From positions 12,338,001 to 12,402,000 of the forward strand of contig OZ176054.1 in the NCBI GenBank assembly GCA_964247055.1: a DNA stretch of 64,000 nucleotides, in the 5' to 3' direction. The translations under genes and the position numbers were made by a program. The stretch comes from Paragordius varius. Taxonomy: Eukaryota; Animalia; Nematomorpha. Below are positions 1-15,000 of this stretch, one piece after another; position 1 is the stretch's first letter, and every line of letters begins with the position of its first letter. Below the pieces are notes generated by a model. The model ran no database searches. It saw only the letters and a program-made list of their open reading frames with translations, and was not told the DNA's origin.

Positions 1-3000
1 TTTCAACAATCAAATAATATTCCCAACTATCAAATAATATTACCCAATAATATATTGATCAATCAACCATATATTTTCAACAATCAAATAATATTACCCA
101 ATAATATTTTAATGTTTGCAACAATCAACCATATATTTTCAACAATCAAATAATATTCCCAACAATCCAAAATTATTTCCCAATAATATAATAATGTTTC
201 CAACAATTAACCATATATTTTAAACAATCAAATAATATTGCCAACAATCAAATAATATTACCCAAAATATATTAATATTCCAACAATCAACCATAAATTT
301 TCAACAAATAAATAATATTCCCAAAAATCAAAAAGTATTCCCCTATAATATATTAATATTCCAACAATACCATATATTTTCAACAAATAAATAATATTCC
401 CAACAATCAAAAAGTATTACCCAAAATATATTAATATTCCAACAATCAACCATATATTTTAAACAATCAAATAATATTGCCAACAATCAAATAATATTAC
501 CCATTATATATTAATGTTTCCAACAATCAACCATACATTTTCAACAATCAAATAATATTCCCAACAATCAAAAATTATTTCCCAATAATATAATAATGTT
601 TCCAACAATTAACCATATATTTTCAACAATCAAATAATATTGCCAACAATCAAATAATATTACCCAAAATATATTAATGTTTCCAACAATCAACCTTATA
701 TCAACAATCAAATAATATTCCCAACAATCAAAGAATATTATCCAAAATATATTAATCAATCAACCATATATTTTCAACAATCAAATAATATTCCCAACAA
801 TCAAAGAATATTACCCAAAATATATTGATGTTTCCAACAATCAACCATATATTTTCAACAACCAAATAATATTCCCAACAATGAAAAAGTATTACCCAAT
901 AATATATTTATGTTTCCAACAATCAACCATATATTTTAAACAATCAAATAATATTGCCAACAATCAAATAATATTACACAATATTATTTTAATGTTTCTA
1001 ACAATCAACCATATATTTTAAACAATCAAATAATATTGCAAACAATCAAATAATATTACCCAATAATATTTTAATGTTTGCAACAATCAACCATATATTT
1101 TAAACAATCAAATAATATTGCCAACAATCAAATAATATTACCCATTATATATTAATGTTTCCAACAATCAACCATATATTTACAACAATCAAATAATATT
1201 ACAAACAATCAAATAATATTACCCAATAATATTTTAATGTTTGCAACAATCAACCATATATTTTAAACAATCAAATAATATTGCCAACAATCAAATAATA
1301 TTACCCATTATATATTAATGTTTCCAACAATCAACCATATACTTTCAACAATCAAATAATATTACAATCAATCAAATAATATTACCCAATAATATTTTAA
1401 TGTTTGCAACAATCAACCATATATTTTCAACAATCAAATAATATTCCCAACAATCAAAAAGTATTCCCCTATAATATATTAATATTCCAACAATCAACCA
1501 TATATTTTCAACAAATAAATAATATTCACAACAATCAAAAAGTATTACCCAATAATATATTAATATTTCCAAAAATCAACCATACATTTTAAACAATCAA
1601 ATAATATTCCCAACAATTAAAAAGTATTTCCCAATAATATATTAATGTTTACAACAATCAACCATACATTTTAAACAAATAAATAATATTCCCAACAATT
1701 AAAAGTATTTCCCAATAATATATTAATGTTAACAACAATTAACCATACATTTTCACCAAATAAATAATATTCCCAACAATTAAAAGTATTTCCCAATAAT
1801 ATATTAATGTTTACAACAATTACCCATACATTTTCACCAAATAAATAATATTCCCAACAATTAAAAGTATTTCCCAATAATATATTAATGTTTACAACAA
1901 TTAACCATACATTTTCACCAAATAAATAATATTCCCAACAATTAAAAGTATTTCCCAATAATATATTAATGTTTCCAACAATCAACCATACATTTTCACC
2001 AAATAAATAATATTCCCAACAATTAAAAGTATTTCCCAATAATATATTAATGTTTACAACAATTAACCATACATTTTCACCAAATAAATAATATTCCCAA
2101 CAATTAAAAGTATTTCCCAATAATATATTAATGTTTCCAACAATCAACCATACATTTTCACCAAATAAATAATATTCCCAACAATTAAAAGTATTTCCCA
2201 ATAATATATTAATGTTTACAACAATTAACCATACATTTTCACCAAATAAATAATATTCCCAACAATTAAAAGTATTTCCCAATAATATATTAATGTTTAC
2301 AACAATTACCCATACATTTTCACCAAATAAATAATATTCCCAACAATTAAAAGTATTTCCCAATAATATATTAATGTTTCCAACAATCAACCATACATTT
2401 TCACCAAATAAATAATATTCCCAACAATTAAAAGTATTTCCCAATAATATATTAATGTTTACAACAATTACCCATACATTTTCACCAAATAAATAATATT
2501 CCCAACAATTAAAAGTATTTCCCAATAATATATTAATGTTTACAACAATTAACCATACATTTTCACCAAATAAATAATATTCCCAACAATTAAAAGTATT
2601 TCCCAATAATATATTAATGTTTCCAACAATCAACCATACATTTTCACCAAATAAATAATATTCCCAACAATTAAAAGTATTTCCCAATAATATATTAATG
2701 TTTACAACAATACCAATACATTTTCACCAAATAAATAATATTCACAACAATTAAAAAGTATTTCCCAATAATATATTAATGTTTACAACAATCAACCATA
2801 CATTTTCACCAAATAAATAATATTCCCAACAATTAAAAGTATTTCCCAATAATATATTAATGTTTACAACAATCAACCATACATTTTCACCAAATAAATA
2901 ATATTCCCAACAATTAAAAGTATTTCCCAATAATATATTAATGTTTACAACAATCAACCATACATTTTAAACAAACAAATAATATTCAATACAATTAAAA

Positions 3001-6000
3001 AGTATTTCCCAATAATATATTAATGTTTACAACAATCAACATACATTTTAAACAAATAAATAATATTCCCAACAATTAAAAGTATTTTCCAATAATATAT
3101 TAATGTTTATAACAATCAACCATACATTTTAAACAAACAAATAATATTCCCAACAATTAAAAGTATTTTCCAATAATATATTAATGTTTACAACAATCAA
3201 CCATACATTGACACCAAATAAATAATATTCCCAACAATTAAAAGTATTTCCCAATAATATATTAATGTTTACAACAATTAACCATACATTTTCACCAAAT
3301 AAATAATATTCCCAACAATTAAAAGTATTTCCCAATAATATATTAATGTTTCCAACAATCAACCATACATTTTTAACAATCAAAGATTATTACCCAATAA
3401 TATTTTAATGTTTCCAACAATCAACCATACATTTTAAACAAACAAATAATATTCCCAACAATCAAAAGTATTTCCCAATAATATATTAATGTTTACAACA
3501 ATCAACCATACATTTTCATTAAATAAATAATATTCCCAACAATTTAAAAGTATTTCCCAATAATATATTAATGTTTACAACAATCAACCATACATTTTCA
3601 TTAAATAAATAATATTCACAACAATTAAAAAGTATTACCCAATAATATATTAATGTTTACAACAATCAACCATACATTTTCATTAAATAAATAATATTCC
3701 CAACAATTAAAAAGTATTTCCCAATAATATATTAATGTTTACAACAATCAACCATACATTTTCATTAAATAAATAATATTCACAACAATTAAAAAGTATT
3801 ACCCAATAATATATTAATGTTTACAACAATCAACCATACATTTTCATTAAATAAATAATATTCCCAACAATTAAAAAGTATTTCCCAATAATATATTAAT
3901 GTTTACAACAATCAACCATACATTTTCATTAAATAAATAATATTCACAACAAATAAAAAGTATTACCCAATAATATATTAATGTTTACAACAATCAACCA
4001 TACATTTTCATTAAATAAATAATATTCCCAACAATTAAAAAGTATTTCCCAATAATATATTAATGTTTACAACAATCAACCATACATATTCATTAAATAA
4101 ATAATATTCACAACAATTAAAAAGTATTACCCAATAATATATTAATGTTTACAACAATCAACCATACATTTGCATTAAATAAATAATATTCCCAACAATT
4201 AAAAAGTATTTCCCAATAATATATTAATGTTTACAACAATCAACCATACATTTTCATTAAATAAATAATATTCACAACAATTAAAAAGTGTTACCCAATA
4301 ATATATTAATGTTTACAACAATCAACCATACATTTTAAACAAACTAATATTCCCAACAATCAAAAAGTATTATCCAACACAATATATTAATGTTTACAAC
4401 AATCAACCATACATTTTAAACAAACAAATAATATTCCCAACAATCAAAAAGTATTTCCCAATAATATATTAATGTTTACAACAATCAACCATACATTTTA
4501 AACAAACAAATAATATTCACAACAATTAAAAAGTATTTCCCAATAATATATTAATGTTTACAACAATCAACCATACATTTTAAACAAACTAATATTCCCA
4601 ACAATCAAAAAGTATTATCCAACACAATATATTAATGTTTACAACAATCAACCATACATTTTAAACAAACAAATAATATTCCCAACAATCAAAAAGTATT
4701 TCCCAATAATATATTAATGTTTACAACAATCAACCATACATTTTAAACAAACAAACAATATTCACAACAATTAAAAAGTATTTCCCAATAATATATTAAT
4801 GTTTCCAACAATCAATCATACATTTTAAACAAACAAATAATATTCCCAACAATTAAAAAGTATTTCCCAATAATATATTAATGTTTACAACAATCAACCA
4901 TACATTTTCATTAAATAAATAATATTCCCAACAATTTAAAAGTATTTCCCAATAATATATTAATGTTTACAACAATCAACCATACATTTTCATTAAATAA
5001 ATAATATTCACAACAATTAAAAAGTATTACCCAATAATATATTAATGTTTACAACAATCAACCATACATTTTCATTAAATAAATAATATTCCCAACAATT
5101 AAAAAGTATTTCCCAATAATATATTAATGTTTACAACAATCAACCATACATTTTCATTAAATAAATAATATTCCCAACTATTAAAAGTATTTCCCAATAA
5201 TATATTAATGTTTCCAACAATCAACCATACATTTTTAACAATCAAAGATTATTACCCAATAATATTTTAATGTTTCCAACAATCAACCATACATTTTAAA
5301 CAAACAAATAATATTCCCAACAATCAAAAGTATTTCCCAATAATATATTAATGTTTACAACAATCAACCATACATTTTCATTAAATAAATAATATTCCCA
5401 ACAATTTAAAAGTATTTCCCAATAATATATTAATGTTTACAACAATCAACCATACATTTTCATTAAATAAATAATATTCCCAACAATTAAAAAGTATTTC
5501 CCAATAATATATTAATGTTTACAACAATCAACCATACATTTTCATTAAATAAATAATATTCACAACAATTAAAAAGTATTTCCCAATAATATATTAATGT
5601 TTACAACAATCAACCATACATTTTAAACAAACAAATAATATTCACAACAATTAAAAAGTATTTCCCAATAATATATTAATGTTTCCAACAATCAATCATA
5701 CATTTTAAACAAACAAATAATATTCCCAACAATTAAAAAGTATTTCCCAATAATATATTAATGTTTACAACAATCAACCATACATTTTCATTAAATAAAT
5801 AATATTCCCAACAATTAAAAAGTATTTCCCAATAATATATTAATGTTTACAACAATCAACCATACATTTTCATTAAATAAATAATATTCACAACAATTAA
5901 AAAGTATTTCCCAATAATATATTAATGTTTACAACAATCAACCATACATTTTAAACAAACAAATAATATTCACAACAATTAAAAAGTATTTCCCAATAAT

Positions 6001-9000
6001 ATATTAATGTTTCCAACAATCAATCATACATTTTAAACAAACAAATAATATTCCCAACAATTTAAAAGTATTTCCCAATAATATATTAATGTTTACAACA
6101 ATCAACCATACATTTTCATTAAATAAATAATATTCCCAACAATTAAAAAGTATTTCCCAATAATATATTAATGTTTACAACAATCAACCATACATTTTAA
6201 ACAAACAAATAATATTCCCAACAATTAAAAAGTATTTCCCAATAATATATTAATGTTTCCAACAATCAATCATACATTTTAAACAAACAAATAATATTCC
6301 CAACAATTAAAAAGTATTTCCCAATAATATATTAATGTTTACAACAATTAACCATACATTTTCACCAAATAAATAATATTCCCAACTATTAAAAGTATTT
6401 CCCAATAATATATTAATGTTTCCAACAATCAACCATACATTTTTAACAATCAAAGATTATTACCCAATAATATATTAATGTTTCCAACAATCAATCATAC
6501 ATTTTAAACAAACAAATAATATTCCCAACAATTAAAAAGTATTTCCCAATAATATATTAATGTTTACAACAATCTCCCATACATTTTAAACAAACAAATA
6601 ATATTCCCAACAATTAAAAAGTATTTCCCAATAATATATTAATGTTTACAACAATCAACCATACATTTTAAACAAACAAATAATATTCCCAACAATTAAA
6701 AAGTATTTCCCAATAATATATTAATGTTTACAACAATCAACCATACATTTTCAACAATTAAATAATATTCCCAACAATTAAAAAGTATTTCCCAATAATA
6801 TATTAATGTTTACAACAATCAACCATACATTTTAAACAAACAAATAATATTCCCAACAATTAAAAAGTACTTCCCAATAATATATTAATGTTTACAACAA
6901 TCAACCATACATTTTAAACAAACAAATAATATTCCCAACAATTAAAAAGTATTTCCCAATAATATATTAATGTTTACAACAATCAACCATACATTTTCAA
7001 CAATTAAATAATATTCCCAACAATTAAAAAGTATTTCCCAATAATATATTAATGTTTACAACAATCAACCATACATTTTAAACAAACAAATAATATTCCC
7101 AACAATTAAAAAGTATTTCCCAATAATATATTAATGTTTACAACAATCTCCCATACATTTTAAACAAACAAATAATATTCCCAACAATTAAAAAGTATTT
7201 CCCAATAATATATTAATGTTTCCAACAATCAACCATACATTTTTAACAATCAAAGATTATTACCCAATAATATATTAATGTTTCCAACAATCAATCATAC
7301 ATTTTAAACAAACAAATAATATTCACAACAATTAAAAAGTATTTCCCAATAATATATTAATGTTTACAACAATCAATCATACATTTTAAACAAACAAATA
7401 ATATTCCCAACAATTAAAAAGTATTTCCCAATAATATATTAATGTTTCCAACAATCAACCATACATTTTTAACAATCAAAGATTATTACCCAATAATATA
7501 TTAATGTTTCCAACAATCAATCATACATTTTAAACAAACAAATAATATTCCCAACAATTAAAAAGTATTTCCCAATAATATATTAATGTTTACAACAATC
7601 AATCATACATTTTAAACAAACAAATAATATTCCCAACAATCAAAAGTATTTCCCAATAATATATTAATGTTTACAACAATCAACCATACATTTTCATTAA
7701 ATAAATAATATTCCCAACAATTAAAAAGTATTTCCCAACAATATATTAATGTTTACAACAATCAACCATACATTTTAAACAAATAAATAATATTCCCAAC
7801 AATCAAAAAGTATTTCCCAATAATATATTAATGTTTACAACAATCAACCATACATTTTCACCAAATAAATAATATTCCCAACAATTAAAAAGTATTTCCC
7901 AATAATATATTAATGTTTACAACAATCAACCATACATTTTAAACAAATAAATAATATTCCCAACAATTAAAAAGTATTTCCCAATAATATATTAATGTTT
8001 ACAACAATCAACCATACATTTTAAACAAACAAATAATATTCCCAACAATTAAAAAGTATTTCCCAATAATATATTAATGTTTACAACAATCAACCATACA
8101 TTTTAAACAAACAAATAATATTCCCAACAATTAAAAAGTATTTCCCAATAATATATTAATGTTTACAACAATCAACCATACATTTTCAACAATTAAATAA
8201 TATTCCCAACAATTAAAAAGTATTTCCCAATAATATATTAATGTTTACAACAATCAACCATACATTTTAAACAAACAAATAATATTCCCAACAATTAAAA
8301 AGTACTTCCCAATAATATATTAATGTTTACAACAATCAACCATACATTTTAAACAAACAAATAATATTCCCAACAATTAAAAAGTATTTCCCAATAATAT
8401 ATTAATGTTTACAACAATCAACCATACATTTTCAACAATTAAATAATATTCCCAACAATTAAAAAGTATTACCCAATAATATATTAATGTTTACAACAAT
8501 CAACTATACATTTTAAACAAACAAATAATATTCCCAACAATTAAAAAGTATTTCCCAATAATATATTAATGTTTACAACAATCAACCATACATTTTCAAC
8601 AATTAAATAATATTCCCAACAATTAAAAAGTATTACCCAATAATATATTAATGTTTACAACAATCAACTATACATTTTAAACAAACAAATAATATTCCCA
8701 ACAATTAAAAAGTACTTCCCAATAATATATTAATGTTTACAACAATCAACCATACATTTTCAACAATTAAATAATATTCCCAACAATTAAAAAGTATTTC
8801 CCAATAATATATTAATGTTTACAACAATCAACCATACATTTTCAACAATTAAATAATATTCCCAACAATTAAAAAGTATTTCCCAATAATATATTAATGT
8901 TTACAACAATCAACCATACATTTTCAACAATTAAATAATATTCCCAACAATTAAAAAGTATTTCCCAATAATATATTAATGTTTACAACAATCAACCATA

Positions 9001-12000
9001 CATTTTCAACAATTAAATAATATTCCCAACAATTAAAAAGTATTTCCCAATAATATATTAATGTTTACAACAATCAACCATACATTTTCAACAATTAAAT
9101 AATATTCCCAACAATTAAAAAGTATTTCCCAATAATATATTAATGTTTACAACAATCAACCATACATTTTCAACAATTAAATAATATTCACAACAATTAA
9201 AAAGTACTTCCCAATAATATATTAATGTTTACAACAATCAACCATACATTTTCAACAATTAAATAATATTCCCAACAATTAAAAAGTATTTCCCAATAAT
9301 ATATTAATGTTTACAACAATCAACCATACATTTTCAACAATTAAATAATATTCCCAACAATTAAAAAGTATTTCCCAATAATATATTAATGTTTACAACA
9401 ATCAACCATACATTTTCAACAATTAAATAATATTCCCAACAATTAAAAAGTATTTCCCAATAATATATTAATGTTTACAACAATCAACCATACATTTTCA
9501 ACAATTAAATAATATTCCCAACAATTAAAAAGTATTTCCCAATAATATATTAATGTTTACAACAATCAACCATACATTTTCAACAATTAAATAATATTCA
9601 CAACAATTAAAAAGTACTTCCCAATAATATATTAATGTTTACAACAATCAACCATACATTTTCAACAATTAAATAATATTCCCAACAATTAAAAAGTATT
9701 TCCCAATAATATATTAATGTTTACAACAATCAACCATACATTTTCAACAATTAAATAATATTCCCAACAATTAAAAAGTACTTCCCAATAATATATTAAT
9801 GTTTACAACAATCAACCATACATTTTCAACAATTAAATAATATTCCCAACAATTAAAAAGTATTTCCCAATAATATATTAATGTTTACAACAATCAACCA
9901 TACATTTTCAACAATTAAATAATATTCCCAACAATTAAAAAGTATTTCCCAATAATATATTAATGTTTACAACAATCAACCATACATTTTCAACAATTAA
10001 ATAATATTCCCAACAATTAAAAAGTATTTCCCAATAATATATTAATGTTTACAACAATCAACCATACATTTTCAACAATTAAATAATATTCCCAACAATT
10101 AAAAAGTACTTCCCAATAATATATTAATGTTTACAACAATCAACCATACATTTTCAACAATTAAATAATATTCCCAACAATTAAAAAGTATTTCCCAATA
10201 ATATATTAATGTTTACAACAATCAACCATACATTTTCAACAATTAAATAATATTCCCAACAATTAAAAAGTATTTCCCAATAATATATTAATGTTTACAA
10301 CAATCAACCATACATTTTCAACAATTAAATAATATTCCCAACAATTAGAAAGTACTTCCCAATAATATATTAATGTTTACAACAATCAACCATACATTTT
10401 CAACAATTAAATAATATTCCCAACAATTAAAAAGTACTTCCCAATAATATATTAATGTTTACAACAATCAACCATACATTTTCAACAATTAAATAATATT
10501 CCCAACAATTAAAAAGTACTTCCCAATAATATATTAATGTTTACAACAATCAACCATACATTTTCAACAATTAAATAATATTCCCAACAATTAAAAAGTA
10601 TTACCCAATAATATATTAATGTTTACAACAATCAACCATACATTTTCAACAATTAAATAATATTCCCAACAATTAAAAAGTACTTCCCAATAATATATTA
10701 ATGTTTACAACAATCAACCATACATTTTCAACAATTAAATAATATTCACAACAATTAAAAAGTATTTCCCAATAATATATTAATGTTTACAACAATCAAC
10801 CATACATTTTAAACAAACAAATAATATTCCCAACAATTAAAAAGTACTTCCCAATAATATATTAATGTTTACAACAATCAACCATACATTTTCAACAAAC
10901 AAATAATATTCCCAACAATTAAAAAGTATTTCCCAATAATATATTAATGTTTACAACAATCAACCATACATTTTCAACAATTAAATAATATTCCCAACAA
11001 TTAAAAAGTACTTCCCAATAATATATTAATGTTTACAACAATCAACCATACATTTTCAACAATTAAATAATATTCCCAACAATTAGAAAGTACTTCCCAA
11101 TAATATATTAATGTTTACAACAATCAACCATACATTTTCAACAATTAAATAATATTCACAACAATTAAAAAGTATTTCCCAATAATATATTAATGTTTAC
11201 AACAATCAACCATACATTTTCAACAAACAAATAATATTCACAACAATTAAAAAGTATTTCCCAATAATATATTAATGTTTACAACAATCAACCATACATT
11301 TTCAACAATTAAATAATATTCCCAACAATTAAAAAGTACTTCCCAATAATATATTAATGTTTACAACAATCAACCATACATTTTAAACAAACAAATAATA
11401 TTCCCAACAATTAAAAAGTACTTCCCAATAATATATTAATGTTTACAACAATCAACCATACATTTTCAACAATTAAATAATATTCCCAACAATTAAAAAG
11501 TATTACCCAATAATATATTAATGTTTACAACAATCAACCATACATTTTCAACAATTAAATAATATTCCCAACAATTAAAAAGTATTACCCAATAATATAT
11601 TAATGTTTACAACAATCAACCATACATTTTAAACAATTAAATAATATTCCCAACAATTAAAAAGTACTTCCCAATAATATATTAATGTTTACAACAATCA
11701 ACCATACATTTTAAACAAACAAATAATATTCCCAACAATTAAAAAGTACTTCCCAATAATATATTAATGTTTACAACAATCAACCATACATTTTCAACAA
11801 TTAAATAATATTCCCAACAATTAAAAAGTATTACCCAATAATATATTAATGTTTACAACAATCAACCATACATTTTCAACAATTAAATAATATTCCCAAC
11901 AATTAAAAAGTATTACCCAATAATATATTAATGTTTACAACAATCAACCATACATTTTCAACAATTAAATAATATTCCCAACAATTAGAAAGTACTTCCC

Positions 12001-15000
12001 AATAATATATTAATGTTTACAACAATCAACCATACATTTTCAACAATTAAATAATATTCACAACAATTAAAAAGTATTTCCCAATAATATATTAATGTTT
12101 ACAACAATCAACCATACATTTTCAACAATTAAATAATATTCCCAACAATTAGAAAGTACTTCCCAATAATATATTAATGTTTACAACAATCAACCATACA
12201 TTTTCAACAATTAAATAATATTCACAACAATTAAAAAGTATTTCCCAATAATATATTAATGTTTACAACAATCAACCATACATTTTCAACAAACAAATAA
12301 TATTCACAACAATTAAAAAGTATTTCCCAATAATATATTAATGTTTACAACAATCAACCATACATTTTCAACAATTAAATAATATTCGCAACAATTAAAA
12401 AGTATTTCCCAATAATATATTAATGTTTACAACAATCAACCATACATTTTCAACAATTAAATAATATTCCCAACAATTAAAAAGTACTTCCCAATAATAT
12501 ATTAATGTTTACAACAATCAACCATACATTTTCAACAATTAAATAATATTCCCAACAATTAAAAAGTACTTCCCAATAATATATTAATGTTTACAACAAT
12601 CAACCATACATTTTCAACAATTAAATAATATTCCCAACAATTAAAAAGTATTACCCAATAATATATTAATGTTTACAACAATCAACCATACATTTTCAAC
12701 AATTAAATAATATTCCCAACAATTAAAAAGTACTTCCCAATAATATATTAATGTTTACAACAATCAACCATACATTTTCAACAAACAAATAATATTCACA
12801 ACAATTAAAAAGTATTTCCCAATAATATATTAATGTTTACAACAATCAACCATACATTTTCAACAATTAAATAATATTCACAACAATTAAAAAGTATTTC
12901 CCAATAATATATTAATGTTTACAACAATCAACCATACATTTTCAACAATTAAATAATATTCCCAACAATTAAAAAGTACTTCCCAATAATATATTAATGT
13001 TTACAACAATCAACCATACATTTTCAACAATTAAATAATATTCCCAACAATTAAAAAGTACTTCCCAATAATATATTAATGTTTACAACAATCAACCATA
13101 CATTTTCAACAATTAAATAATATTCCCAACAATTAAAAAGTATTACCCAATAATATATTAATGTTTACAACAATCAACCATACATTTTCAACAATTAAAT
13201 AATATTCACAACAATTAAAAAGTATTTCCCAATAATATATTAATGTTTACAACAATCAACCATACATTTTCAACAAACAAATAATATTCACAACAATTAA
13301 AAAGTATTTCCCAATAATATATTAATGTTTACAACAATCAACCATACATTTTCAACAATTAAATAATATTCCCAACAATTAAAAAGTATTTCCCAATAAT
13401 ATATTAATGTTTACAACAATCAACCATACATTTTCAACAATTAAATAATATTCCCAACAATTAAAAAGTACTTCCCAATAATATATTAATGTTTACAACA
13501 ATCAACCATACATTTTCAACAATTAAATAATATTCCCAACAATTAAAAAGTACTTCCCAATAATATATTAATGTTTACAACAATCAACCATACATTTTCA
13601 ACAATTAAATAATATTCACAACAATTAAAAAGTATTTCCCAATAATATATTAATGTTTACAACAATCAACCATACATTTTCAACAAACAAATAATATTCA
13701 CAACAATTAAAAAGTATTTCCCAATAATATATTAATGTTTACAACAATCAACCATACATTTTCAACAATTAAATAATATTCCCAACAATTAAAAAGTATT
13801 TCCCAATAATATATTAATGTTTACAACAATCAACCATACATTTTCAACAATTAAATAATATTCCCAACAATTAAAAAGTACTTCCCAATAATATATTAAT
13901 GTTTACAACAATCAACCATACATTTTCAACAATTAAATAATATTCCCAACAATTAAAAAGTACTTCCCAATAATATATTAATGTTTACAACAATCAACCA
14001 TACATTTTCAACAATTAAATAATATTCCCAACAATTAAAAAGTATTACCCAATAATATATTAATGTTTACAACAATCAACCATACATTTTCAACAAACAA
14101 ATAATATTCCCAACAATTAAAAAGTACTTCCCAATAATATATTAATGTTTACAACAATCAACCATACATTTTCAACAATTAAATAATATTCCCAACAATT
14201 AAAAAGTATTTCCCAATAATATATTAATGTTTACAACAATCAACCATACATTTTCAACAATTAAATAATATTCCCAACAATTAAAAAGTACTTCCCAATA
14301 ATATATTAATGTTTACAACAATCAACCATACATTTTCAACAATTAAATAATATTCCCAACAATTAAAAAGTATTTCCCAATAATATATTAATGTTTACAA
14401 CAATCAACCATACATTTTCAACAATTAAATAATATTCCCAACAATTAAAAAGTATTACCCAATAATATATTAATGTTTACAACAATCAACCATACATTTT
14501 CAACAATTAAATAATATTCCCAACAATTAAAAAGTACTTCCCAATAATATATTAATGTTTACAACAATCAACCATACATTTTAAACAAACAAATAATATT
14601 CCCAACAATTAAAAAGTACTTCCCAATAATATATTAATGTTTACAACAATCAACCATACATTTTCAACAATTAAATAATATTCCCAACAATTAAAAAGTA
14701 CTTCCCAATAATATATTAATGTTTACAACAATCAACCATACATTTTCAACAATTAAATAATATTCCCAACAATTAAAAAGTACTTCCCAATAATATATTA
14801 ATGTTTACAACAATCAACCATACATTTTCAACAATTAAATAATATTCCCAACAATTAAAAAGTACTTCCCAATAATATATTAATGTTTACAACAATCAAC
14901 CATACATTTTCAACAATTAAATAATATTCCCAACAATTAAAAAGTATTTCCCAATAATATATTAATGTTTACAACAATCAACCATACATTTTCAACAATT

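Noticed and set aside
1671-2687. 338-aa ORF of 27-aa repeats, and all other ORFs at 568-3,383 and 27,272-34,849
   Set aside because: These arise wherever the monomer is 81 bp (a multiple of 3) and one minus frame lacks a stop. They start at non-ATG codons, and the 82-bp neighbours break the frame. No evidence of coding selection.
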